Source of the DNA: a virus
Reading direction: 5' to 3' (one strand)
IMG/VR virus record: IMGVR_UViG_3300035659_000004
Span: 1 to 64,000 of that record
Length of the DNA stretch: 64,000 bases
A program made the translations under genes and the position numbers. Positions 10,593 to 19,374 of the stretch are shown piece after piece. The stretch's first letter is position 1. Every line of letters begins with the position of its first letter. The notes beneath the pieces were generated by a model. It was not told the origin of the DNA, did not search any database, and saw only the letters and a list, made by a program, of their open reading frames with translations.

Positions 10593-11612
10593 ATGCTCGA
10601 TACGAGAGTTCAGTTTGATCGGACAACGATAGCGCTCCCAGATGGTACGAACGTCTATCAGATAGATGCTGCCGTTATAGACAAGGGTGATCTGCCTCAT
10701 GCGAATATTTTTGTGTATCAAATCTTGGACGAGCTCGATACGACACGGGATACGTTTGTGCGGTTAGGAAATCCGTATGACTTGGAGAACATCGATACTA
10801 CGCGTGCAGTAGCGATAGCAGACGACCAGGAGTTCTTTTTAGCTTCAACTTTACAAGTTCGATATACCGATTTGAACACGGCGGTGCAGGCGAAAGACGC
10901 GGTGCGGTCGCGTATCGACAATTCGGTGAATGCGTGGCGGACGTACTCCGTGGATTTCAGTGGGTCAGATACCGTAAATCATCCAACAGCAGAAGCTACG
11001 TATGAACAGCAGCTTAAAGATGATTATGAGACAGCAAAAGACGCGCGTGTCGCAGCGGATGTTGATCTCGCGGCAGCTGATTTAGCGCTGACCTTGGCGC
11101 AGGATGCGGCACAGGACGCCGTGACGTTGGGTGACGTTTATAAGAGAGATTTGGATTTCACGTCGCAGTCGTATGTGATTTATTGGGCGAATTATTTCTT
11201 AGCTGAGAATACGTTCTTTACGAATATGACGGATCGGTTCGGAGAGTTTACCGATGATTTCTTGCAAGTAACAGGATACAATTACGTATCTACTGGAACT
11301 GTAGGAGGAACCCCGGCTGAAGAAGCCTGGTTATACCACCTACAGACGATGGAAGCGAATCTTAAGGCTAGAACTTTAGCAGCTTACAACGGCACCTCTC
11401 TCGACGCGGCATTCCTGGCCTTCCACCTCAGTGTTGGAGGCTATTACACATCTCAGCAAGGCGTCATTGCTACCGCCAACGTCACGGCCGCAAATGCTGT
11501 CACAGCAAAAAAAGAGGCCGAAGCCTCTTTGGCATCCGCGCAGCTGGCAGAGGATGCAGCCCTTGCTGCGGTCCTCGCCGTCTGCCCGGATTTCGATCCT
11601 TCCTCAGTCTGA
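10593..11612 (+). CDS. Hypothetical virion protein with Ala-rich coiled coil
   Basis: 339 aa; N-domain similar to the 10213 ORF; two Ala-rich helical segments. Confidence 0.6.
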   Translation: MLDTRVQFDRTTIALPDGTNVYQIDAAVIDKGDLPHANIFVYQILDELDTTRDTFVRLGNPYDLENIDTTRAVAIADDQEFFLASTLQVRYTDLNTAVQAKDAVRSRIDNSVNAWRTYSVDFSGSDTVNHPTAEATYEQQLKDDYETAKDARVAADVDLAAADLALTLAQDAAQDAVTLGDVYKRDLDFTSQSYVIYWANYFLAENTFFTNMTDRFGEFTDDFLQVTGYNYVSTGTVGGTPAEEAWLYHLQTMEANLKARTLAAYNGTSLDAAFLAFHLSVGGYYTSQQGVIATANVTAANAVTAKKEAEASLASAQLAEDAALAAVLAVCPDFDPSSV

Positions 11613-12923
11613 TTTCTCAGGATACGCGTTTGGGTGGATGTACTGATGCCCGTAGTAGCGGTGGACATCGAACATGCTGGTGTACGTTTGGGTGGTCCAA
11701 CGGGGGGCGGGTCGTCCTTGGGTTGCGTGGAAGATGGCTTCTACGTTTACCCTGTAGCGGTCGGGCTGCACATGTAGAAGAGGCCAACATGTACCAGACC
11801 CAAAAGCACCGTGGGATTCGAGAGACCTATGAACTTCTTCCGTGACCATCATGATGAGGGCCGCAGCCTTGTCCCCGAGCGGATAGTATTCGGGATAGTG
11901 TCTCCATTCTGGGTGCTCGCGCTGATAGTTTTCTTTTAAGTAATCGGCAGCTGTTTCTATCGAGAAGTTTTCGATAACATATGAGACATCCGTTTTGTGG
12001 TAAACGACTGCGCGTAGTCCGCGCCCTCTCTCACTGCTAGCTTTTAGTCTAATTCCCAACTTAAAACGGTCCTGTTTCCAAGCAAGGTTTCCTTGGTGCC
12101 AACTTATGAATGCGAGGTCTTCTCTGTCTATACCGGATATTTTTAATAAGTAAAACGCCTGTAATTGTTCTTCGGTAATAGTTTCGGGGTATCCACACCT
12201 TAAGACGTACTGCTTCGACTTATATTGTCCATGGTAAAGAGTGCACACTTCTTTCTTCGTACAATGCGCACATTGGTTTTTAATCGTACTTTTTATTTTC
12301 GCTTTAGTCGTAGCACTAGTGCTTTGGCGTTCTTGCAGTTCTTCGCAGTACTCAAAAGAGTGGTCTTCGGGGATACGGATAAATGGGGCGATCCCTATGG
12401 GCGTACGAGGTTCGCTATAGCGATAGCGATGTGTTCCAGTACTTACGGTGAGAGGCTTCGTATAAAGAGGTGAGATATATTTAAAATTTCCAATAGCTGG
12501 GAATTTTCGTTTCTTTAATTCGTCTATCCAGTCCTCGGCGTACAAATCATTTTCGAGGTATTTAGGACGCGGATAAAAGAGGCAGGGGTCTCCGGGAAAT
12601 TCGGAGGAGTCTGAAACGCAGTTAGAACAGCCGAATAGGACGCGAGGAGACATGCAGTCGCGGCGGAATTCGTGGATGGTACCAATTTTTATTTCACCTT
12701 CCGGGGAGATATATCCAACTAAATCCCAGAAGGAGTCCGTTGCGAATCCACTATTCTTGAGGTCTGGATAGGTTGATACTGTCAGTTCGTCGTTGAAAAC
12801 TTTTATATATAAGTGTCGTTCCAGTTTCAAGTCGGAGAGGGATTTGGCGAAATCGTAGAGCTCTTGGCGGGTGGTCAGGCATGTCTCGAATATTAGAAGT
12901 CCAGTGTCGTCTTTAGGTCCCAT
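11604..12923 (-). CDS. Unknown Cys-containing protein coupled downstream of the RT
   Basis: Likely start ATG 12923 overlaps the RT stop by 11 nt (439 aa); CSNC and CAHC-x5-C clusters; no family recognised. Confidence 0.65.
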   Translation of the reverse strand: MGPKDDTGLLIFETCLTTRQELYDFAKSLSDLKLERHLYIKVFNDELTVSTYPDLKNSGFATDSFWDLVGYISPEGEIKIGTIHEFRRDCMSPRVLFGCSNCVSDSSEFPGDPCLFYPRPKYLENDLYAEDWIDELKKRKFPAIGNFKYISPLYTKPLTVSTGTHRYRYSEPRTPIGIAPFIRIPEDHSFEYCEELQERQSTSATTKAKIKSTIKNQCAHCTKKEVCTLYHGQYKSKQYVLRCGYPETITEEQLQAFYLLKISGIDREDLAFISWHQGNLAWKQDRFKLGIRLKASSERGRGLRAVVYHKTDVSYVIENFSIETAADYLKENYQREHPEWRHYPEYYPLGDKAAALIMMVTEEVHRSLESHGAFGSGTCWPLLHVQPDRYRVNVEAIFHATQGRPAPRWTTQTYTSMFDVHRYYGHQYIHPNAYPEKSD

Positions 12924-14058
12924 CTTCGCTACAGTGTAGCGCTGAATAGTTGGCGATGGCTCCACAGAGCTCGGTGTGGAGATTACTTCCTTTTCTAGGG
13001 TCGACCTGCTGTACATACGTTACTTTGCCTTTCAACCAGAACAGTAACTGCTCTGGGGAACCGAATTTGGCACGCCTGTATTGCGTCTCTAATCCATAAA
13101 TGAGACAGTTATGGACGATAGCGCGAAGACGCAGGTATTCCACGCGTGCGATTGTAATCCTATCGCTGAAGTTCAGGCCCAATAGGTCCTTCGTTCTATT
13201 CGAAGAGCGGATATGCACCTTGCGACGGTTAACAGCGTAACCTGTCTCTTCGATGATTCGAATGAGCTCTTGAACAATCTCGACCTTTTCATTAAATGGG
13301 AAATCGCGTCCGCACGTAAAAGCGAGGTCGTCAGCATACCGAGAGTATACCCAGACACGTTCGCCGTGCAGATTGTATTTCACGTTTAGAGTTTCGAGGT
13401 ATTCACAGATGGGTTTGTCCAGACGATAGTACGCGACGAGATTGCAGATGGCGCCAGAGGTAGGAGCGCCTTGAGGGACACCAAAACGTATCCCATCGGG
13501 GTATCTTTTAGTGGGACAAGGAATGTCACGGACGGTGACCATCCCTTTTATCGGACCTGCTATTTCATTTGGATACCCTAGATTCTTTTCGAGCATCTCT
13601 CCTACCCACCATCGACGGGTGCGGTGGAAGAAATCTTTTAGGTCCATTTGAATATAGGCTCCCTTGCGGGGGCAGTTGTGTTTGGGCGGGGTCTCGATTG
13701 CAGCGTCACATATCGGACATTTGGCGATGTGCCGTGTTACCGCGGAGGCGATATCTTTTCCTACACGGTAGGCGGTGACGTAGATGGGGAGGTGTTCTTG
13801 TAGCAGGTCTAAGAAGTTCTTGTTCAGCCTCTTCTGTGCGAATTTGACTACGGGGTTTGGAGCGTGGAGTAGTCGTATATTCCCACGCCTCTTTTTGATA
13901 TGGAGATGAATGTACCGGCTCTTGTCGTCTGCTACGACGACGTACCAGAGCGTTTTATTTCTAATTTGTATTAAGTTCGAGAGGCTCGTGGAATCGAAGG
14001 GTCGTGGGAGTATAGGGCTATCTACTGGGAGGGGATAAAAATCATACGAGGGAACCAT
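12913..14058 (-). CDS. Retron-clade reverse transcriptase
   Basis: IKKRRGNIRLLHAP..KFAQ, MDLKDFF, VPQGAPTSGAICN, YSRYADDLAF, thumb LRAIVHNC...LKGKVTYVQQV; GGAGG RBS. Confidence 0.92.
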   Translation of the reverse strand: MVPSYDFYPLPVDSPILPRPFDSTSLSNLIQIRNKTLWYVVVADDKSRYIHLHIKKRRGNIRLLHAPNPVVKFAQKRLNKNFLDLLQEHLPIYVTAYRVGKDIASAVTRHIAKCPICDAAIETPPKHNCPRKGAYIQMDLKDFFHRTRRWWVGEMLEKNLGYPNEIAGPIKGMVTVRDIPCPTKRYPDGIRFGVPQGAPTSGAICNLVAYYRLDKPICEYLETLNVKYNLHGERVWVYSRYADDLAFTCGRDFPFNEKVEIVQELIRIIEETGYAVNRRKVHIRSSNRTKDLLGLNFSDRITIARVEYLRLRAIVHNCLIYGLETQYRRAKFGSPEQLLFWLKGKVTYVQQVDPRKGSNLHTELCGAIANYSALHCSEDGT

Positions 14059-14575
14059 TCTTCCTCCAATAGGTTGAGATACAGGAATTTGTTCCAGGGA
14101 CGCACGCGCCTGTCAGGAAGTAGACGGAGCGGGGGCAGTACAGACACGCGGGCTCGAATTTGCTCTCGTGCAGGAAATAGAATTTTCCTAGACCAGTGCC
14201 TAGATTTGTTGTTTTTGCTTTCGTTGCTTTTCGTGCGTATTGGTAGGCGTAATGCTGGTCTCGATTAATGTACGTGGGAATTACAAGGCAAGCTTTATTT
14301 CGATAGAGAAGATTTCGGAGCTCTTCGCGGATGTAGGTGGCGGGAGGGTAATGTCCTGAATAGGCCCATTCGGTGGTTATAACGCTGGTTGTATTTGTGT
14401 TGGGATGCACGACCCAGGCGGTCCTAAAGAGTTTCGCCAATTCCTCCTCGTTAACCGTTGGGACAATGTAGTAGATGTTCCAAGGTATTCGGTTGGGTTC
14501 TTTAGAAGAGACGTGCACCCGTGAAAAGCGGTCTGGACGGTTTATCCGGAGAATGGGGATCGGCTCAGTCATCAA
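14042..14575 (-). CDS. Unknown basic protein with C-terminal Cys cluster, upstream of the RT
   Basis: 177 aa (ATG 14572 alternative); CLYC-x10-C-x6-C; overlaps both neighbours. Confidence 0.6.
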   Translation of the reverse strand: MMTEPIPILRINRPDRFSRVHVSSKEPNRIPWNIYYIVPTVNEEELAKLFRTAWVVHPNTNTTSVITTEWAYSGHYPPATYIREELRNLLYRNKACLVIPTYINRDQHYAYQYARKATKAKTTNLGTGLGKFYFLHESKFEPACLYCPRSVYFLTGACVPGTNSCISTYWRKNGSLV

Positions 14576-16208
14576 TTTTCACCACGATATCCTGCATGGC
14601 AGGGTGGACTGAACCTTTTGGGCAGATGACCCAGATGACGGGGCAGGGGGGTTTTAATCTAGGCATGGGTCCTCCTTGTATGTCGCTGACGGGAGCTTCT
14701 CCGTCGGTGAAGATGACCATCAGGTCGGTTGCGAAGGGTTGCGTGTCGGGCCTCGGTACAGACCAGTCTTTGGCGGTGTCTTTCCCGAGTACGCGTCGAA
14801 AGGGAGCACAGAAGTCAGTACCTCCATATCCGTGGCGAATGCGCAGTGTTTTGGCTATCTCTTGAATCTCGGAGTCACTCGAGGTGCGGGTAAAGAGTTC
14901 TTCGTATTGAATCCCGTGATCGAAGGTGATGGCGCGAAGCATTACGCCTTGGAATTGACGTAGGATGGCTATGTGTTCGTTGATACAGATTGCGAAGTTG
15001 TCGTCGCTCATGGACCCGCTTGAATCTGTTGCGAGTGTGATACGAAAAGTGAAGTCGTGGTTGTAACCGGGGAAAGGCTCAATCCCTTCATCGAGGACTG
15101 GATACAGCGCGATGTTTGGCTGATTCATAGAATAAATCAGCTTGTTACTAATGACGCTCTTGATTTGGTTCCTGAGGACGATAGGCCAGGGTACCCGGGG
15201 TTCTGTAAGAAGCTCTTCGACAATCTTTTGCATGCACCCGGGAATGGTTCCGCGGTTGCGTGTTGTTTGCTCGACAGCGGTACGCACGGCAGACGCAGCG
15301 TTTCGCTGGATGTCGTTTGCGAGGCGCTCGAGCTCGCCCCCGGACATATTCAGTATCTTCCCTAGAGCCTTTTCAGTGTCCCGGGGGAACAGTGGATCGA
15401 AGTCGCCACAGTCTTCATCATCTTCGGGGTCTTCTTCGCTCTCGGGGTCTTCGTCGTCCCCGTAGTCGTTGTCGTCCTCGTCCTCGTAGTCATCATCTTC
15501 GGGGTCTTTATCGTCTCTTTCGTCATTCTCGTCATCTTCGGGGTCTTCATTATCCTCGGGGTCTTCCTCGCGTTCAGGGTCTTCGTTGTCTCCGGGGTCT
15601 TGACCTTCTTCAGGTTCATCATCGGGGTCCCCGAAGCAATTCATATTAAGCATCATTTCGTTTTCTTTTATCTTCTTAAGAATTTCAGCTATCGCATTTT
15701 CTCTTTCCATTAGTAGCAAAAAGTATTCTTCCATGCTCAACCCCTGAGGGAGGTTACATTTTTCAGGGAAGAGTGCCTTTTCATAAACAATTTTAAAGGC
15801 TTCTACGTTTTTTCCTACTATTAAGGGCCGTACCGCGAGGTCGTTCGCCGTGAGGTCTGCGGCTATATTCAGTGTCTCCCATATTTTTCGTAGTTTTGGA
15901 TTGGCCGAGAGGACTCTAGCCCCTCCAATTGTTCGAAGCATTCTTTCGTGATGACGAAATCCTAGATGTGCAGCTTCGTGTACCAATATGCAGAGCTGCA
16001 TGGGAACGGGTTGGGCGTTGAACTTTTTAAGGTCGACATGCAAACAGAATCTGCCTGCGTTATCAATTGCAATGCCTGCGGGAGCTTTCAGGACTGTGTA
16101 ATTACGGCGGCAACTATTTAGAATTCGTCCGAAGAAGTTATTGTCGCCACGATAACTTCCGAGCCAGTAAAACGCATTTTGCAGAGGTGTCCGGTCTAGG
16201 GCTGACAT
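14565..16208 (-). CDS. DUF2201-like metallopeptidase + VWA domain protein
   Basis: LVHEAAH (HExxH), acidic linker, MIDAS DSSGS, GGTDF, FTDGE, CPVIW. Confidence 0.88.
   Translation of the reverse strand: MSALDRTPLQNAFYWLGSYRGDNNFFGRILNSCRRNYTVLKAPAGIAIDNAGRFCLHVDLKKFNAQPVPMQLCILVHEAAHLGFRHHERMLRTIGGARVLSANPKLRKIWETLNIAADLTANDLAVRPLIVGKNVEAFKIVYEKALFPEKCNLPQGLSMEEYFLLLMERENAIAEILKKIKENEMMLNMNCFGDPDDEPEEGQDPGDNEDPEREEDPEDNEDPEDDENDERDDKDPEDDDYEDEDDNDYGDDEDPESEEDPEDDEDCGDFDPLFPRDTEKALGKILNMSGGELERLANDIQRNAASAVRTAVEQTTRNRGTIPGCMQKIVEELLTEPRVPWPIVLRNQIKSVISNKLIYSMNQPNIALYPVLDEGIEPFPGYNHDFTFRITLATDSSGSMSDDNFAICINEHIAILRQFQGVMLRAITFDHGIQYEELFTRTSSDSEIQEIAKTLRIRHGYGGTDFCAPFRRVLGKDTAKDWSVPRPDTQPFATDLMVIFTDGEAPVSDIQGGPMPRLKPPCPVIWVICPKGSVHPAMQDIVVKIDD
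15410..15630 (-). repeat. Degenerate ~18-nt coding repeat (EDPExx acidic linker)
   Basis: Recurrent TCGGGGTCTTC on the + strand; encodes EDPERE/EDPEDN/EDPEDD/EDPESE. Confidence 0.8.
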
Positions 16209-16230
16209 TCCTGGTCCTTTCTAATATACT
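16202..16230 (+). promoter_or_regulatory. sigma70-type promoter overlapping the divergent VWA start
   Basis: CTGACA-17 nt-TATACT. Confidence 0.5.
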
Positions 16231-16271
16231 TGGAGTTGTGCATGTATCACGCACGGTTGAGAGGATACCCA

Positions 16272-17276
16272 ATGAGCATCATCGACGTCACAAATGATCC
16301 TGCTTTTTCGAATCTTCGAGTCCTGTCTGAGCAGTATCCGGGGCTGGTAGAGTTCGCCAAAGCAGCGGAGCTCTCCCCTGAGGAGTTTGAAGCTCTCCCC
16401 GCGGGAGCGTTTGCTTGGCCGGAAAAGCGGGTCTTTCCTATTCATACCAAGGAACACGCAGCAATTTCACAGGCTTACGCCAAGCACGCCGGGGAACTTC
16501 CCGCGCATGTGCAGGAAAGCCTGAAGCTGGCGTGTGACGCGCATTCCATCCCCGAGGACTTGCTGGTTCCGTCCAATACCAAGACGGCCGGCGCGGTGTA
16601 TCACCTGCTCCCCGAGCTGAATCGTTTTCGAGTGGCATCGGCCGAAGACGTCTTGTACGCCGTGGATGCCTTGGAGAAGCAGGCGCACGTGCTCACGGAC
16701 GAGCAGCGCACCGAGGCCTGTCATAACTTGGCGAAGGTGGCAGAGACTTTTGGGGTTACGGTGAATCCGATTCTGCAGAAGTACGCCGGCAACACGCTCA
16801 CGGATACCGAAGTCCTTGCGGACTGGTTAGATGCGAGAGCGGAAGCTTCTGAATGGGTAGGAAATAAGATTGCTGCGGTGGAGTTCAAGAGCTTAGGGCA
16901 ATCCTATCGGCATGTCAACAAATACTTGGGGTCGAAAGAGGACCAAGTGAAGTTGGCCCAGGCCATCGCCGAGCTCGACAAGTTGGCCGGCATCGAGAAG
17001 TACGTGGGCAAGAGCCTCCCGAACCCCATCTTGACGGTGTGGAACACGACCAAGGTGGCCGCTCAGCAGCTCGAGCTCAACGGGATGCTCTTCGACAAGA
17101 ACAAGCTCGCCTCACTGCCGGCCAGTTTTTGGAACGACGCCCTCGGCCCGGACTTCGTGGAAGAGTTCGCGCCCGGGGGTGTGGTTGACCCGGCGATGCT
17201 GGAGACGGTCCTGCAGACCTTGCCGGCCGACATGAAGGCGTCTTTGGCCACGCAGCTCGCGCCCTACGCCGCATGA
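16272..17276 (+). CDS. K-x-A-rich putative internal head protein (DUF6582-like motif)
   Basis: GAGGA RBS before ATG 16272; LPAGAFAWPEKRVFPIHTKEHA motif; 12 of 21 lysines are in K-x-A. Confidence 0.6.
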   Translation: MSIIDVTNDPAFSNLRVLSEQYPGLVEFAKAAELSPEEFEALPAGAFAWPEKRVFPIHTKEHAAISQAYAKHAGELPAHVQESLKLACDAHSIPEDLLVPSNTKTAGAVYHLLPELNRFRVASAEDVLYAVDALEKQAHVLTDEQRTEACHNLAKVAETFGVTVNPILQKYAGNTLTDTEVLADWLDARAEASEWVGNKIAAVEFKSLGQSYRHVNKYLGSKEDQVKLAQAIAELDKLAGIEKYVGKSLPNPILTVWNTTKVAAQQLELNGMLFDKNKLASLPASFWNDALGPDFVEEFAPGGVVDPAMLETVLQTLPADMKASLATQLAPYAA

Positions 17277-18049
17277 CAGAGCTCCATGAAGGCTTCAAGA
17301 CGCTCTGGGGACTGATACCCGGCATCAGCCAGGGTATGATGGCGAAGATGGCGTCTGAGCAGTCGAACAACGGCGCCCTGCAGGTACTCAAAGACCCGCA
17401 GGCGAATACGGCGGCGGGGTTGTATCTTGCGGCGCGGACGGTCTACGGGGAAGACATCCTGAAGTGGGAGCCCGAGACGGTGTGGCTGACGCTGGACAAG
17501 GATGGGGTGAATCTCCCCGACGAAGAGCGGAACAAGTTGCAGGCAGCTATCTCCCTCATCGTCCATCCCGCTTTTTACTGGGATAACCTGGTCTTCCAGC
17601 GCACCGTCCAGGCCTTGAATGGGGAACTTTTTGACCCAGAGGCGTTGCAAGAATGCACTGCTGCTCACATGGCTTGGGCTGTCTACGAAGCTGGGGTGAT
17701 TAGGGGATTGGATAACGACCAGGTAACCATACCCGAGTTCGACGAGGATGTCCAGCAATATATTGCGGTATGTTTGTTTCGTGAGGGATATGTGTTCCCG
17801 CCCGAGCCCCTGGCTGATTTCGTCGCGGACAACCTGGAGGGACTCTTCCCCAAGAATTCCAATGCCACTGCCCTGAAAAAAGAAGTGGCAGACAGTTGGG
17901 AAGCCTTGGACAAGACCGTCCTCGAGAGAACCGAGTTCTTCGAGAACGAGCTTGGCGTCCAGCTTGCCCAGTTGTCTGCCTGTTACCTGTACGTGAAGAG
18001 GTGGGCTGACCAGCTCGCCGACGATCTCTCGACCGCGCGGCAGCGCTAG
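17273..18049 (+). CDS. Hypothetical protein (probable virion)
   Basis: 258 aa, ATGA-coupled; AKMAS near the N-terminus. Confidence 0.65.
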   Translation: MTELHEGFKTLWGLIPGISQGMMAKMASEQSNNGALQVLKDPQANTAAGLYLAARTVYGEDILKWEPETVWLTLDKDGVNLPDEERNKLQAAISLIVHPAFYWDNLVFQRTVQALNGELFDPEALQECTAAHMAWAVYEAGVIRGLDNDQVTIPEFDEDVQQYIAVCLFREGYVFPPEPLADFVADNLEGLFPKNSNATALKKEVADSWEALDKTVLERTEFFENELGVQLAQLSACYLYVKRWADQLADDLSTARQR

Positions 18050-18050
18050 T

Positions 18051-19352
18051 TCAGTTGTTGAGGCGGATGAAACGGTCTACGGCCTCATGGGCCTTCTCCG
18101 TGTGTCGCAGGTGAGCCCGGAAGCGGTCCTTGTCCTTGACGAAGCTGTTGATGAGCCACCCACGGTAGGCAGGCTTGCCGTACCGGGTTGCGGTGGCGGT
18201 GATGTTGTCCGTGAGGAGCGCCGAGTATTCCGCAGCGCAGCTTTCGAAGAAGTGGAAGAGCGCGGGGTAGGCCTTATCGACGTCGTACTCCGAGTCGAAC
18301 ATGTAGTTCAGCAGGTTGTAGACGAACTCCACGAGGCGCGGCTGCTTGCCGGCGTCTTCCACCTCTTGGAACTTATGCATGAAAGTCTTGTAGTCCTGTA
18401 GAAATTCCAAGGGGCTTAGGATGACGCTATTGTCCTCGACGAATGACTGGAACTGGGTCGCGGTCGACATATTCAATGTAGCACCGAAGCGGGACAGAGC
18501 TCGGCTGCTCGTCAGGGGGATGCCGATGTGCTCGAGCGCGTAGCAGTCGAGGGAGATGGTCTGCCAGGAGGCCGGGCAGGCGAAGGGCCGGTTGTTGAGC
18601 TTGTTCTGCTCGTCGTAGAGCATGGTCGGTGATGTTCCGATGAATGATCGGACAGCCTCGTGACAGGACATCCCGAGGTTGTGTTGGTCAGCTTTTTCAT
18701 AGTGGTTCTCGTACATGGCACGGACCTCAGGAGATTGCACGACGGGGGACATGCGGTCGCTGTAGTGGAACTCACGAGTACGCGCATGCTGCAGCCACTC
18801 TTCAGTGGAGTAGATGGCGTACACGAACTTCAAACGCCGACGCAGTGCCGCGTTGTTTTCGATCTGCTGAACGGAGTAGGCCCCGGTGGCGGGATTCATG
18901 AGTGCGATTACGAGGCAGTCTTTTGGGAGCTCGTAGTCGTAGATGCGGCGGTCCTCGATGATGGAGAAGAACATGGAGATGGCGTGCTGTTGGCCCATGT
19001 TTATCTCGTCAAAAAGAACGATGCTCCGCTCGCCTGCTTTCGGGAAAACGGTGGGCAACTTGATCTTAAAAAATCCCTCCTCGACGTCCCTTACGGATGG
19101 AACGCCTGCTCCGAGTAGTCCAAATTGAGCAGTACGGATATCACATACGCGGGCTTCGAGCTCGCGTGCGGCTTGGTGCACGGATTGAGATTTTCCCAGC
19201 CCTGCTTCTCCGACGATGCAATATACACCACGATACAAGCGGTTTTCGAAGCTCATTTTGAGTTCGCTTTTTATCTCCCCGATGGTCATCCGAGGGATAT
19301 TGTAGAGGTCCGCATACTCTACATTTGTGGATTCACTATTGTTTTTCGCCAC
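18051..19352 (-). CDS. MoxR-like AAA+ ATPase
   Basis: Walker A GEAGLGKS, Walker B LFDEIN, ALMNP, ALRRR arginine finger, CPASW; usual partner of DUF2201/VWA proteins. Confidence 0.88.
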   Translation of the reverse strand: MAKNNSESTNVEYADLYNIPRMTIGEIKSELKMSFENRLYRGVYCIVGEAGLGKSQSVHQAARELEARVCDIRTAQFGLLGAGVPSVRDVEEGFFKIKLPTVFPKAGERSIVLFDEINMGQQHAISMFFSIIEDRRIYDYELPKDCLVIALMNPATGAYSVQQIENNAALRRRLKFVYAIYSTEEWLQHARTREFHYSDRMSPVVQSPEVRAMYENHYEKADQHNLGMSCHEAVRSFIGTSPTMLYDEQNKLNNRPFACPASWQTISLDCYALEHIGIPLTSSRALSRFGATLNMSTATQFQSFVEDNSVILSPLEFLQDYKTFMHKFQEVEDAGKQPRLVEFVYNLLNYMFDSEYDVDKAYPALFHFFESCAAEYSALLTDNITATATRYGKPAYRGWLINSFVKDKDRFRAHLRHTEKAHEAVDRFIRLNN

Positions 19353-19374
19353 TTGTCTGTTATCCTTTCTTTAG

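Noticed and set aside
12913-14058. Diversity-generating retroelement or group II intron
   Set aside because: The RT has PQGAPTS rather than GxxxSQ, no maturase or endonuclease domain, no flanking non-coding RNA space, and I found no TR/VR pair.
14060-14575. Canonical msr-msd upstream of the RT
   Set aside because: Only short hairpins are visible (e.g. AGGAAA-N6-TTTCCT), with no clear a1/a2 inverted repeats, and the region is an intact coupled ORF; a cryptic RNA cannot be excluded without covariation analysis.
15410-15630. CRISPR-like or RT-associated non-coding repeat array
   Set aside because: The repeats are short, in-frame and encode the acidic EDPE linker of the VWA protein; there are no unique spacers of regular length.
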